Assembly (NCBI GenBank): GCA_014238095.1
Contig: JABABT010000025.1
Span: forward strand, 39,460 to 103,459
Source of the DNA: Candidatus Aenigmatarchaeota archaeon
Lineage (GTDB): Archaea; Aenigmatarchaeota; Aenigmatarchaeia; CG10238-14; SCSR01
Length of the DNA: 64,000 nt
Direction: 5' to 3'
Below the pieces are notes generated by a model, which worked only from the letters and a program-made list of their open reading frames with translations, had not been told where the DNA came from and made no database searches. Both the position numbers and the translations under genes were made by a program. Positions within the stretch are counted from its first letter, which is position 1. Each line of letters begins with the position of its first letter. Positions 9,531 through 19,860 of the stretch are shown piece by piece.

Positions 9531-10727
9531 ATGAAAAAGGAAAAAATAGTATTCATTGTAGTAGATGGTATGGCAGATACACCTAATAAGAAAAATGAAA
9601 CACCATTATCAAAAGCCAATATGAAAAATGTAGATTACTTAACTTCTAAAGGTGTATCTGGAGAATTGATAGTAGTTCCAAATAAATATTGGGATAGATT
9701 AGCTAATTCAAGTATAAGTCATGTTGCTGCAATATCTTTACTTGGATATAATCTTGAAAAATTTAAACCAATAAGAGGTCCACTTGAAGCAATTGGTAAT
9801 GATATTCCATATAAACAAGGATGGCTTGCAATTAGATGTAATTTTTCAACTATTGATCAAAATATGAAAATTATAGATAGACGTGTTGGAAGAAATATTG
9901 AAGGTTTGAATGAACTTGTAAAATATATAAATGATAATGTATCTATTGGAATTCCTTTCAAATTTAGTAGAACATATGGGCATCGTGCTGTTTTAATGTT
10001 GAAAATGGGATTAAGTGATAATATTGTTTTAAATGATCCACTTGAAGTAGGGAAATTTCCCATTAAAATTTCTGGAAAAGGACATGAGGGTTTATTTAGT
10101 GCTAAAATTTTACAAAATTTTATAAAAGAGACTCATAAAGTACTTAAACATCATCCAATTAATTCAAAAAGAATTTCTGATGGAATTCCTCCTGCAAATT
10201 ATATTTTAATGCGTGAAGGTGGAAATAATTTACATAATTTACCATGTTTTTCTAAAAAATTTGGTGTAAAACCATTTTGTATTAGTGAACCTGGAGTTGA
10301 TCGTGGTGCTTGTATATTAGCAGGTTTTGAATCTATAAAAGTACCAGATGTTCCATTTGAAGAATCATTGGATTTCATTTTTAAGAATATATGTTTTGTT
10401 TTAGAAGATCATGATTTTATTTTTGTTCATATAAAAGGTCCTATTGATGAAGCTTCTCATGATGGAAATTTTGATGAAAAGGTAAAATCACTTGAATTGT
10501 TAGATAAGAAAATGGAAATTTTTAGAAAATTTAAAGGAGTTGTTATTTTCACAACAGATCATATAACATCATCAATTTTAAAGAAACATATGCCAGGAAA
10601 AGTACCTGTTTTTGTAAATGGAATTGATAAGGATTATGTTAAGAAATTTGATGAAGAACATGTGAAAAAGGGAAGATTAAATAATTACACACCATTGAAA
10701 TTATTAAAATATTCTTTAGGTAAATGA
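9531..10727 (+). CDS. apgM: 2,3-bisphosphoglycerate-independent phosphoglycerate mutase, archaeal type
   Basis: N-terminal IVFIVVDGMADTP motif. Size 398 aa. Adjacent to enolase. Confidence 0.7.
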   Translation: MKKEKIVFIVVDGMADTPNKKNETPLSKANMKNVDYLTSKGVSGELIVVPNKYWDRLANSSISHVAAISLLGYNLEKFKPIRGPLEAIGNDIPYKQGWLAIRCNFSTIDQNMKIIDRRVGRNIEGLNELVKYINDNVSIGIPFKFSRTYGHRAVLMLKMGLSDNIVLNDPLEVGKFPIKISGKGHEGLFSAKILQNFIKETHKVLKHHPINSKRISDGIPPANYILMREGGNNLHNLPCFSKKFGVKPFCISEPGVDRGACILAGFESIKVPDVPFEESLDFIFKNICFVLEDHDFIFVHIKGPIDEASHDGNFDEKVKSLELLDKKMEIFRKFKGVVIFTTDHITSSILKKHMPGKVPVFVNGIDKDYVKKFDEEHVKKGRLNNYTPLKLLKYSLGK

Positions 10728-10731
10728 TATT

Positions 10732-11964
10732 ATGAAAATATTAAAAATAGAAGCAAGAAAAGTATTAAATTCAAAAGCTCAGCCAACAATTGAAATTGAA
10801 ATAAGAACAGAAAAAGGAACTGTTAAATCTTCAGCTCCAATGGGAACAAGTATTGGAAAATATGAAGCATATCAAATGAAAACAGATGATGCTATAAGGA
10901 AATTTAATGTTATAAAAAGATTATTTATTTCAGAATATTTTAAGGGACAAAAAGATGTTGATATTTTTTTAAGGAAAGTAGATAAAACAATACATTTTAG
11001 GGAAATAGGTGGTAATCTTGCAATAGCTATTTCTTCAGCATTTTTGAAGGCTTTTTCATTAGAAAAAAATATGGAAATTTGGAAATATATTGAAAAGGAA
11101 TTTGGAACAATTCCAAAAATACCTCAACCACTTTGTAATATTGTTGGTGGATGGAATGGAAAGAATCAATTTCAAGAATTTTTATTTTTACCAACTCATC
11201 AAAAAAGTTTCACAAAATCATTATTTAAAATATCTGAAGCATATAATGAAATTAGTCATATACTAAATGAAAATGACTCTAATTTCAATTATGGAAAAAA
11301 TATAGAATCTGCTTGGGTAACTTCACTTAATTATAAAAAAATTCTAGAAATAATGAAATCTATTTCAGAGAAATATATGTTAAAAATAGGTTTAGATGTT
11401 GCAGCTTCTCAATTATATAAAAATGGTTATTATAACTATGGAGATGAAAAAATAAATTCACATGATCAACTTAGTTTTATTGAAAATGTAATTAAAGATT
11501 TCCCTATAACGTATATAGAAGATCCATTTCATGAGGATGATTGGTTGAGTTTTTCTACTGCAGTTTCTCGTTGGAGACCTAAAATGGTTTGTGGTGATGA
11601 TTTCTATGCTACAAGAATTAATAGATTATTGAGTAGTGTTGAAAAAAAAGCAACAAATGCTGTAATAGTAAAACCAAATCAAGTAGGAACAATTTCAGAT
11701 TCAATTGAATTTTGTAAGGAAGCTTCTAAACATAATCAAACAACAATATTGTCTCATAGATCTGGTGAAACAGATGATAATATTGAAGCTCATATTGCTG
11801 TTGGATTAGGTTGTGATTATGCAAAATTTGGAATTTCTGGAGAAAGAATTGTAAGATTGAATGAAATTATTAGAATTGAGGAAGAAATGAATAATTTTGA
11901 CTCAAAATCTGAAAAAATTCATACAATGTCCAAAAATTTAAAGGAAAAAATAAATAGAATATAA
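10732..11964 (+). CDS. eno: enolase
   Basis: SHRSGETDD and KPNQVGTISDSIEF motifs. 410 aa. Confidence 0.8.
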   Translation: MKILKIEARKVLNSKAQPTIEIEIRTEKGTVKSSAPMGTSIGKYEAYQMKTDDAIRKFNVIKRLFISEYFKGQKDVDIFLRKVDKTIHFREIGGNLAIAISSAFLKAFSLEKNMEIWKYIEKEFGTIPKIPQPLCNIVGGWNGKNQFQEFLFLPTHQKSFTKSLFKISEAYNEISHILNENDSNFNYGKNIESAWVTSLNYKKILEIMKSISEKYMLKIGLDVAASQLYKNGYYNYGDEKINSHDQLSFIENVIKDFPITYIEDPFHEDDWLSFSTAVSRWRPKMVCGDDFYATRINRLLSSVEKKATNAVIVKPNQVGTISDSIEFCKEASKHNQTTILSHRSGETDDNIEAHIAVGLGCDYAKFGISGERIVRLNEIIRIEEEMNNFDSKSEKIHTMSKNLKEKINRI

Positions 11965-11992
11965 TTTATAAGGAAAATACAATTTTTTTATT

Positions 11993-13390
11993 ATGAAAAG
12001 ACCGGTTTTATCTAATTTGGGTTTTGTGCTCCAATTAGCAGGAACATTAATGATTTTACCAATAATAGCTGGATTTATTTTTAATGAAACTGATGCTTTG
12101 ATTTCATATTTCTTGACAACTGTATCATTTTTTATCATAGGATTTTCTTTTAATGCATTTTCAAAAAGAGAAGAACTTGACTTAAAATCTTCAGCCATAT
12201 TAATTACATCTGTTTTTTTCACTTTAGGTTTAATAGGATCTATACCTTACATTTATTTGGAAATTTTTCCAGGTAGTATTATAGAACAATTTACAAATAG
12301 TTATTATGAAAGTATGAGTGGTTATACAACAGCAGGTTCTACAATAATTGATGATATAGATTTACTTCCTAAATCATTAGTTCTTTATAGAAGTTTAACT
12401 CAATGGATTGGTGGAGTAGGTATAATATTTATTTTATTAGCGTTTTTCTATCCTAATGATAAAAAAATAAATGGAATGTCTAGAATATTTGGTCTTGATA
12501 AAATTATTATTGGTATAAGATTAGTTTTGAGTAATGTATTATTAGTTTATATATTATATGCAATTATTTTAATATCTGTTATATATTTACTAGGATTCAC
12601 GAATTTATCGGATTCTCTTTCTCTGATTTTATCATCACTTTCAACTGGTGGATTATCACCAATAACAGACTTTTATAAATTTACGGATAGTCCATTGTTT
12701 ATTTTCATAACAATTGCTATGTTTTTAGGTTCATTGAATTTCTTCATACATAATAAATTAATAAATGCTAAAATTAGTGGTATATTTAAAACAGAATTTA
12801 TTATTTTTTGTGTTATAATTTTAGTTGGAATATTTTTATTTTATTTAGTTTCAGGTGAAACAATAAAAGATTCCTTGTTCACTGTAATTTCATCATCAAC
12901 AACTTCTGGATATTCTTCTATTAATATATTTGAACTTAATGATGCTTCGAAACTCATCATTATGGCTCTAATGTTTATGGGAGGTATGACTTTTTCAACT
13001 TCTGGAGGAATAAAAATATTCAGAGTAATAATGTTTTTCAAAATGGTACCTTGGGTAATTAAAAAACTTGTTAATGATGAAAAACGTCAAATAAAACATG
13101 ATGGAGATGTGATTGATGTTAAAGAAGTGAATATTTTTATGATTTTACCTGGAATAATTTTATTCTTACTTTTTATTTCAGTTTCAATATTTGTGGCTCA
13201 TGGTTTCTCATTTGAAAATGCAGTTTTTGAATCTATATCTACATATTCACTTACGGGGTTCTCAACAGGACAAATTAATTTAGAAACTCCACTTACTCTA
13301 AAATGGTGGATAATGTTATTATTTGTGATAGGAAGAGTAGAAATAATTGCATTCTTAATAATTTTCTTACGTAGAAAGAATAATAACTAA
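11993..13390 (+). CDS. trkH: TrkH/KtrB-family cation (K+) transporter membrane subunit
   Basis: Four pore-loop-like Gly motifs (GYTTAGS, STGGLSPI, TSGYSS, TSGGIKIF, LTGFSTG) in a polytopic membrane protein. Confidence 0.65.
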   Translation: MKRPVLSNLGFVLQLAGTLMILPIIAGFIFNETDALISYFLTTVSFFIIGFSFNAFSKREELDLKSSAILITSVFFTLGLIGSIPYIYLEIFPGSIIEQFTNSYYESMSGYTTAGSTIIDDIDLLPKSLVLYRSLTQWIGGVGIIFILLAFFYPNDKKINGMSRIFGLDKIIIGIRLVLSNVLLVYILYAIILISVIYLLGFTNLSDSLSLILSSLSTGGLSPITDFYKFTDSPLFIFITIAMFLGSLNFFIHNKLINAKISGIFKTEFIIFCVIILVGIFLFYLVSGETIKDSLFTVISSSTTSGYSSINIFELNDASKLIIMALMFMGGMTFSTSGGIKIFRVIMFFKMVPWVIKKLVNDEKRQIKHDGDVIDVKEVNIFMILPGIILFLLFISVSIFVAHGFSFENAVFESISTYSLTGFSTGQINLETPLTLKWWIMLLFVIGRVEIIAFLIIFLRRKNNN

Positions 13391-13581
13391 TTTAAAATTT
13401 CTAAAATTTTAGCAGCTATTATAATTTCTCCACCAGTTGGTTTTGCTATTATTTTTTCACATTTATCACATTTTATTTCATTCATTGCTTTATTATAAAT
13501 TATTTGTTCATTTTTACATTTCTTACATAATACACGTACAAATCTACTGCGTGGTGATTTAACTATTTGCATAATAATCAT
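13387..13581 (-). CDS. rps27e: 30S ribosomal protein S27e (eS27)
   Basis: 64 aa with a C4 zinc ribbon (CKKCKN..CDKCEK) and a PTGG motif. Adjacent to L44e as in archaea. Confidence 0.8.
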   Translation of the reverse strand: MIIMQIVKSPRSRFVRVLCKKCKNEQIIYNKAMNEIKCDKCEKIIAKPTGGEIIIAAKILEILN

Positions 13582-13871
13582 TATCTTTGGATATTAAACT
13601 TTTTTACTCTAAATCCTTTTCCTGATACAAATTTCTTATTACAGGTTTTACATTTAAATCTCAAATCAAGTCTTCTAGTTGATTTTTCTCTTCCTTTTGG
13701 ATTTGGTCTTGGAAAAGAACCATAACCAGCTAATTTTCTATTGAATGCTCTTTCTCCATGTGTTAAAGCACCTCTAGGTTTCTTTTTAGCTATTTCAACT
13801 TTTGCTTCTACATGTTTTCTACAACTTGGGCAGAATTTATTTGTAACTAATGGAAACTTCATATATATCAC
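13581..13871 (-). CDS. rpl44e: 50S ribosomal protein L44e (eL42)
   Basis: FCPSCRKH..GYGSFPRPNPKGREK..CKTCNKK..GFRVKKF matches archaeal L44e. Confidence 0.85.
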   Translation of the reverse strand: MIYMKFPLVTNKFCPSCRKHVEAKVEIAKKKPRGALTHGERAFNRKLAGYGSFPRPNPKGREKSTRRLDLRFKCKTCNKKFVSGKGFRVKKFNIQR

Positions 13872-13992
13872 TCTTGATAAAATTAGTTTAGAATTTTAGG
13901 ATTTAAGAAGTTAATGATTTAAGATTTTAGTTTTTAAATATTTAGTAATTATTTTTTTTTAAATTATCAACAAAACCTATTATTAAAAAACC

Positions 13993-14002
13993 TTATAAAT
14001 AA
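13993..14002 (+). promoter_or_regulatory. putative TATA box (ttataaataa) ~33 nt upstream of the rpoN start
   Basis: AT-rich TATA-like octamer at the distance expected for an archaeal promoter driving a short or leaderless 5' UTR. Confidence 0.3.
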
Positions 14003-14034
14003 GAACAACGAACATTTTTTCTATTGATGATTAT

Positions 14035-14229
14035 ATGATTATACCCGTTAGATGTTTCACATGTGGTAAGGTAGTAGGTCAATTGTGGGAAGAATATAAA
14101 AAGAGGTTAGAAAATAAAGAAGTTAGTGGAAAAATTTTAGATGAATTAAATCTTAAAAGATATTGTTGTAGACAACTTTTTTTGGGACATGTTGATCTTC
14201 TAAAAGAAATACATCAATTTAAACCATAA
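14035..14229 (+). CDS. rpoN: DNA-directed RNA polymerase subunit N (Rpb10)
   Basis: MIIPVRCFTCGKVVG..RYCCRQLFLGHVDL signature. Confidence 0.9.
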   Translation: MIIPVRCFTCGKVVGQLWEEYKKRLENKEVSGKILDELNLKRYCCRQLFLGHVDLLKEIHQFKP

Positions 14230-14237
14230 GTGATTAT

Positions 14238-14495
14238 ATGAAATGGCCAAAAGATAAATTAACAAGATTTGAAGTTGCACGTATAATTGGTGCTAGATCA
14301 TTACAAATTACATTAGGAGCACCTATTTTAGTAAAAACAAAAAATATAAATTCTATAGATATAGCAAAGGAAGAATTCTTGAATAATTTAATTCCTATGA
14401 CAATAAAAAGAAAATATCCTAATAGAGAAGAATCTATAATAAAAATGAATAGTGCAATTAAAAGATGGATTGAAGAAGAAAAAGATCAAATTTAA
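14238..14495 (+). CDS. rpoK: DNA-directed RNA polymerase subunit K (Rpb6)
   Basis: LTRFEVARIIGARSLQITLGAP motif. Confidence 0.8.
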   Translation: MKWPKDKLTRFEVARIIGARSLQITLGAPILVKTKNINSIDIAKEEFLNNLIPMTIKRKYPNREESIIKMNSAIKRWIEEEKDQI

Positions 14496-14498
14496 AAT

Positions 14499-16241
14499 TT
14501 ACATTTTATTAGGTGCTTCTATACCAAGAATAGAAAAAATACATTTCAAAGTTTCTTGGACTTCTTTTACCAAAGTTATTCTAAAATTTCTTTGTTCTAA
14601 ATTTTCACATTTTAAAACTGATGATTTAGTATAAAATGAATTGAAATTATTAGCTATATTGAAAGCATAATTACAAATTAAATGAATTTTCTTTCCATTA
14701 AAAGCCGATTCAATAACAGATTCAAATTCTGAAAGATTTTTAATTATTTTTTTTTCTTGATCATTTAATTCAAAATAAGAATATTTTTTTATAAAATTAT
14801 CTACCTTATTTAAAATATTTTCACATCTTGTATAAGCATATTGTAAGTAAGGACAATTATTTCCTTCAAGACTTAATATATTATTCCAATGGAAAATAAT
14901 TTTTTGTTTTGGTTCTATTTTTAATATGGCATATTTTATTGATCCTATTGCTATTTTTTCTGCAGACCTTTTCAACTCATCTTCATTCAAATCAGGATTC
15001 CTTTTTTTTATTTCATTATATGATTTATTAATTAATTTTTCAACAACCTCATCTAACATTACAGCAGTTCCTTTTCTTGATGACATTTTTCCTTCTGGTA
15101 AATCAACCCATTCGTAAGAAAAATGTTCACATTTTTTATAAAAATCATATCCTAATAATTCAAATATTTTAAAAAGTCTTTTGAAATGAATATTTTGCTG
15201 TTCATGAGATAACCATATAGATTTGTCTAAATTATATTTGGAAAATTTATATTTAGTCAATCCTAAATCACTAGTCATATAAAGTCCGGTACCATCAGAT
15301 CTTTGAATTATAGTACCAGGTATTTCATCACCTAATTCAGCAAAAACTGCACCATTGTCAGTTTTATATGAAATTCCTTTTTCCAAAGTTTCTAATACTA
15401 CATCTTTTCCTAATTTTCTATAATTATTTTCATAAAAACAAACATCAAATTTTATACCTAATTTATTATATGTTTCATCAAAACCTTTTATACACCAACC
15501 AACAATTTTTTCAAAAAGTTTTGTTGTTTCTGGATCATTATCTTCATATTTTTTTAAAATTATATAGGTCTCTTTTAATAATTTTTCATCTTTCGATTCT
15601 TCTTCATGGAATTTTTTATAAAATTTCCACAACCAAAGATCTGGTTTTGTATTTGGTTCTTCATTATTACCCCATAATTTATATGCTAATATAAGTTTTG
15701 CAACTTGTAATCCTACATTATTAAAATAATTAGCACGTATTACTTTATGTCCTACAAATTCTAATAAATTTGAATAAGAATCTCCTAAAAAAAGATTTCT
15801 TGCATGTCCTATATGCATAGGATGTATTGGATTTGGTTGTGAATATTCTACCATTATATTTTGAGTCAAAATTGATTTTAAATTTCTTTGAGGATTTTTC
15901 AATATTTCTTCAGATAATTTTACATAATCAAAATAAAAATTTACATATCCATTAAATGCTTCTACTTTCTGAATAATATAATGTTCTGGTAATTTTATTT
16001 TTTTAACCATATTTTCTGCAAAATTTTTTGCATTTTCTCCAGTATCTTTCAATAAATTGAAACAAGGTAAACTTACATCACCCATTTTTGGATTTGATGG
16101 AATTTCTAATTGACTTAAAGATATTTTTATATCATTTAGTTTCAATATTTTCAAAACAAAATCTTTAATCATAAAAATAAAACTTATTTTGTAATTAATA
16201 AAGATATTCAATATAGTGATGTTTTTAAAATATAAATACAA
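14499..16241 (-). CDS. argS: arginyl-tRNA synthetase
   Basis: 580 aa. Class I HIGH (PMHIGHARN), an MSSRKG KMSKS-like motif and a C-terminal DALR-type helical domain. Confidence 0.8.
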   Translation of the reverse strand: MYLYFKNITILNIFINYKISFIFMIKDFVLKILKLNDIKISLSQLEIPSNPKMGDVSLPCFNLLKDTGENAKNFAENMVKKIKLPEHYIIQKVEAFNGYVNFYFDYVKLSEEILKNPQRNLKSILTQNIMVEYSQPNPIHPMHIGHARNLFLGDSYSNLLEFVGHKVIRANYFNNVGLQVAKLILAYKLWGNNEEPNTKPDLWLWKFYKKFHEEESKDEKLLKETYIILKKYEDNDPETTKLFEKIVGWCIKGFDETYNKLGIKFDVCFYENNYRKLGKDVVLETLEKGISYKTDNGAVFAELGDEIPGTIIQRSDGTGLYMTSDLGLTKYKFSKYNLDKSIWLSHEQQNIHFKRLFKIFELLGYDFYKKCEHFSYEWVDLPEGKMSSRKGTAVMLDEVVEKLINKSYNEIKKRNPDLNEDELKRSAEKIAIGSIKYAILKIEPKQKIIFHWNNILSLEGNNCPYLQYAYTRCENILNKVDNFIKKYSYFELNDQEKKIIKNLSEFESVIESAFNGKKIHLICNYAFNIANNFNSFYTKSSVLKCENLEQRNFRITLVKEVQETLKCIFSILGIEAPNKM

Positions 16242-16250
16242 ATCAAATAT

Positions 16251-17168
16251 ATGAATCCAATAAAAGATTTAGAAATAACTAAAGGAATTTCTATTGATGA
16301 AATAATGAAACAGATGGGTGAAGGTGGTGGATTTACCGCAAAAAATCTTTCTTTAGCAACAGATGTAATAGAAAAAATGACAAAAGATGTTAATTCTGTT
16401 AATTTTCTTTCTTTCCCAGCTGATATAATAGCAACTGGTGCACGTGGAGTAATTAAAGATATGATAAAAAATAATATGTTTAATGTTATAGTAACAACTT
16501 GTGGTACTTTGGATCATGATATAGCTAGATGTTTTAGAGATTATAATGAAGGAAGTTTTGATGCTGATGATAAAGAGCTTGCAGAAAAAGGAATAAATAG
16601 ATTAGGTAATATTTTTATTCCAAATAGTTCTTATGGAGATATTATTGAAGAAAAAATGATGGAATTTTTATTGGAAATATCAGATGACAAACAAGATATA
16701 TCAACTCATGAACTTTGTTGGGAAATTGGTAAAAGATTGAATAATGAAAATTCTATTTTATATTGGGCATGGAAAAATAAAATACCAGTAATTATACCTG
16801 GACCAACTGATGGAAGTGTTGGATATCAAATATGGCAATTTCAACAAGATAAAAAATTCAATATAAATCTTATGAAAGATGAAAAACTTCTTTCAGATAT
16901 TGTTTGGAATTCTAAAAAATCTGGAGCATTATTAATTGGTGGTGGTATATCAAAACATCATGTTATTTGGTGGAATCAATTTAAGGATGGTCTTGATTAT
17001 GCAGTATACATTACAACAGCAACAGAATATGATGGAAGTTTAAGTGGTGCAAGACCAAAAGAAGCTGTTAGTTGGAGAAAAATAAAACCAGATGCGAAAC
17101 AAGCATTTGTTTATGGTGATGCAACTATAATGTTACCAATGATTTATGGAAGTCTTATTGAAAGATAA
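16251..17168 (+). CDS. dys: deoxyhypusine synthase
   Basis: GGGISKHH and EYDGSLSGARPKEAVSWRKI motifs. aIF5A is encoded at 34815. Confidence 0.8.
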   Translation: MNPIKDLEITKGISIDEIMKQMGEGGGFTAKNLSLATDVIEKMTKDVNSVNFLSFPADIIATGARGVIKDMIKNNMFNVIVTTCGTLDHDIARCFRDYNEGSFDADDKELAEKGINRLGNIFIPNSSYGDIIEEKMMEFLLEISDDKQDISTHELCWEIGKRLNNENSILYWAWKNKIPVIIPGPTDGSVGYQIWQFQQDKKFNINLMKDEKLLSDIVWNSKKSGALLIGGGISKHHVIWWNQFKDGLDYAVYITTATEYDGSLSGARPKEAVSWRKIKPDAKQAFVYGDATIMLPMIYGSLIER

Positions 17169-17302
17169 TTATTTTTTTGTTTTCTTTTTATTATTAAGAG
17201 GGAAAAGTTCATTTTGAATTTTATTAATATCAATATCAGGAAAATTTTTTTTAACTTCTTTTAATTTCTTTTTTACAAAATAATAATTAAGTCCCATTTA
17301 AT

Positions 17303-17845
17303 CTACTCTGAACCAAACCAAAGTTCAATTTCTTTTTTTGCTTCATTTAATTCACCAGAAGCATGAACTAAATTATATACAGGTCTATTTTCTTTATTTG
17401 CTACTTCTATAGAATCCTCGCCAAAATCTCCTCTAACGGTTCCTTTATCTGCTGTTACAGGATTTGTAAATCCTGTTATTTTTCTTGTTAATTTAACTGC
17501 ATCTTCACCTTCTAAAATGCAAGCAACAACTTTACCAGATGTAATAAATTGTAACATCCACTCTCTTAATTTCATTCCAATTTTTTTTGGATTATCTGTT
17601 CCAAATTTATTTACTGTTTGTTCATAAGTTCCATTTTCTTTTGCTGAAAACAATGTCTTAGATCCCATTCCATTTAATTGTTCATCAGTAGAAGCATAAT
17701 GTTTTTCTGCTATTTCAATAGGTAAAATTAATTCTTTTCTTTTAATAATTTTCAAGCCAGCAGATTCATAACGAGAAATTATATCTTCTGTTAAATTTCT
17801 TTTTACTCCATCAGGTTTTACTACCATTAAAGTTCTTTCAATCAT
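17303..17845 (-). CDS. ndk: nucleoside diphosphate kinase
   Basis: ERTLMVVKPDGV N-terminus, a NPVTADKGTVRGDFG segment and an ELWF C-terminus. Confidence 0.8.
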   Translation of the reverse strand: MIERTLMVVKPDGVKRNLTEDIISRYESAGLKIIKRKELILPIEIAEKHYASTDEQLNGMGSKTLFSAKENGTYEQTVNKFGTDNPKKIGMKLREWMLQFITSGKVVACILEGEDAVKLTRKITGFTNPVTADKGTVRGDFGEDSIEVANKENRPVYNLVHASGELNEAKKEIELWFGSE

Positions 17846-17850
17846 AAATT

Positions 17851-18432
17851 TTATTTAAGTTTCATTAATTTAACTATTTCGTTAACAATTTTATCCGTAT
17901 GTTCAAATTTTTTAGTTTCTGGATAACGAAGACTAATTAAATTAATTATTGCTCCAACATGAGAAGCTGCTTCATATGCAAATTCTATCATAATTTTTTG
18001 TGTTTTTTCCATTTCAGATTCAGTTTCTAAATCTCTTTTTCTATTTGGATCTTTTAATCTTCTATTTATAATATCTGATGGATTATATTCACAAATAACA
18101 ATAATATCTGGATTAATTAATTCAGATATTTTTTCACTTAACGTAGGAAAATAACCAAATTCTGTTTTTATTGAAGTATGAGTATCAATCAAAATAAATT
18201 TATCATTCATTTTTGAAATTTCTTTTGCAGCCATTTCTTGATATTTTTTATTCTGTTTTATTGTTAATTTTTTTCTCATTTCATCTCTATCTTTTATATT
18301 GAGTTCTTTTTTAACAATTTCAAAAATAATATTACCAACATTTACAATTCTAACATTTGGTAATTTTTGTTTTACTTTATTTGTTATTGTTGTTTTTCCA
18401 GATCCTGGAATGGCACATAAAATTATCTTCAT
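17851..18432 (-). CDS. adkA: adenylate kinase, archaeal type
   Basis: P-loop AIPGSGKTT, DRDEMRK, DTHTSIKT..GYFP and NPDIIVI align with Methanococcus AdkA. Confidence 0.7.
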   Translation of the reverse strand: MKIILCAIPGSGKTTITNKVKQKLPNVRIVNVGNIIFEIVKKELNIKDRDEMRKKLTIKQNKKYQEMAAKEISKMNDKFILIDTHTSIKTEFGYFPTLSEKISELINPDIIVICEYNPSDIINRRLKDPNRKRDLETESEMEKTQKIMIEFAYEAASHVGAIINLISLRYPETKKFEHTDKIVNEIVKLMKLK

Positions 18433-18525
18433 AATAATTATATTTATTTTATATATAATTATATTTATTTTATATATAATTAATTTATTAAACTAATAAA
18501 ATAATTCATAATTGAGCCCAAGTAG

Positions 18526-18627
18526 TTGAGCCTGGTTAAAACGCCGCGCTCATAGTCTCTATGAGCTTCGACGCAAGGATGAGATAAGAAACGCGGAGGT
18601 CCGGGAGTTCAAATCTCCCCTTGGGCA
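18526..18627 (+). tRNA. tRNA(CAU) with ~36-nt intron after the anticodon loop (Met elongator or Ile2)
   Basis: Acceptor GCCCAAG/CTTGGGC, anticodon stem CCGCG/CGCGG, loop CTCATAG with anticodon CAT, T-arm GGGAG-TTCAAAT-CTCCC. Inserted sequence GTCTCTATGAGCTTCGACGCAAGGATGAGATAAGAA begins with a segment complementary to the anticodon loop (BHB-like). CCA is not encoded. Confidence 0.75.
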
Positions 18628-18760
18628 TTTATTTAATTCAATAAATACACTAATTATATTAAAATTAGTGGGTAAATAAAATATTTAATTCTAGAAATAA
18701 TAAAACTTCATTTAAAAATTTTAAATTAATTATATTAATTATTTATTTTTATAGAAAATA

Positions 18761-19129
18761 TTATTCTTTAAATTTATCAAAAATATTAAATAATTTAATA
18801 TAATTATTTTTTTTAATATAATCAGTTCTTAAAATATAACTTTGAGTTAAAATTTTTGGAATATTATCTTCATAAAAATCATTATTTTTTTTAAAAATAT
18901 TTTTTTCTTCTATTAATTTATTATAAAAATAATTTAAATCAATTTCAAATCCATTTTTATTTTTGTTAATTTTTTTTAATTTTATAATATGTGAAGATTT
19001 CCAAAATTTTAATAATTCTTCTCTTGTTTCTATATATGTAGAATCTTTCAACATATACAAATAACCATCCATTAAAATATTGAAACAACTAGAAGTAGAA
19101 TATCCTATTTCACCAACTTTCATATTCAT
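18761..19129 (-). CDS. hypothetical protein
   Basis: 122-aa ORF with no recognisable motif. Confidence 0.4.
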   Translation of the reverse strand: MNMKVGEIGYSTSSCFNILMDGYLYMLKDSTYIETREELLKFWKSSHIIKLKKINKNKNGFEIDLNYFYNKLIEEKNIFKKNNDFYEDNIPKILTQSYILRTDYIKKNNYIKLFNIFDKFKE

Positions 19130-19246
19130 TACTTTAGGAAATTTTCTTGGTCTTGCCCAATGATTTTGTATTCTATTATATTCTCTATCTACTTTGAATT
19201 TATTATATAAATTTTTTATTTTCTTAAAAATAATATCACCTAAAAA

Positions 19247-19711
19247 TTATATTCTACAACCAAAAAATCCTTTATTTTTACTGAAATAATTTTGATGATA
19301 ATCTTCTGCTTTATAAAATTTCATATTTAGAATAATTTCTGTTGATATTTTTTTGTCATTTATTTCTTGTTGTTGTTTCTTGGATTTTTCAGCTATTTTT
19401 TTCTGTTCTTTATTATGATAAAATATAATAGAACGATATTGAGTTCCAAAATTAGGACCTTGTTGATTTGGAGTTGTTGAATCATGTATTTTCCAAAAAA
19501 CATTTAATAAATATTCATAAGAAACAGTATCTGGATTATATTCAATTTCTACAACTTCTGCATGATTTGTTTTACCTGAACAAACATCTTCATAATTAGG
19601 ATTTTCAAAATTTCCACCTTCATAACCAACAGTAACATCTTTAATTCCTTTTAATTTCCTAAATTCTGATTCTACTCCCCAAAAACATCCTGCTGCAAAA
19701 GTGGCCTTCAT
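19247..19711 (-). CDS. msrA: peptide methionine sulfoxide reductase MsrA
   Basis: GCFWG active-site motif near the N-terminus. Typical MsrA length. Confidence 0.85.
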   Translation of the reverse strand: MKATFAAGCFWGVESEFRKLKGIKDVTVGYEGGNFENPNYEDVCSGKTNHAEVVEIEYNPDTVSYEYLLNVFWKIHDSTTPNQQGPNFGTQYRSIIFYHNKEQKKIAEKSKKQQQEINDKKISTEIILNMKFYKAEDYHQNYFSKNKGFFGCRI

Positions 19712-19766
19712 AAAAAATAATTGTATTTAATATATTAATAGAAATATTATCTATATTATATTTAAT

Positions 19767-19841
19767 GTCCCGAATAGCGTAGCCTGGTTAGCGTACTAGC
19801 CTGTGGAGCTGGGGGGCCGGGTTCAAATCCCGGTTCGGGAC
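19767..19841 (+). tRNA. tRNA-His (GUG) with genomically encoded G-1
   Basis: G-1 opposite C73; acceptor TCCCGAA/TTCGGGA; U8; D-arm GCGU/GCGU; anticodon stem CTAGC/GCTGG; loop CTGTGGA with anticodon GTG; T-arm CCGGG-TTCAAAT-CCCGG. Confidence 0.8.
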
Positions 19842-19860
19842 CTAAAATAAAAATTGATAT

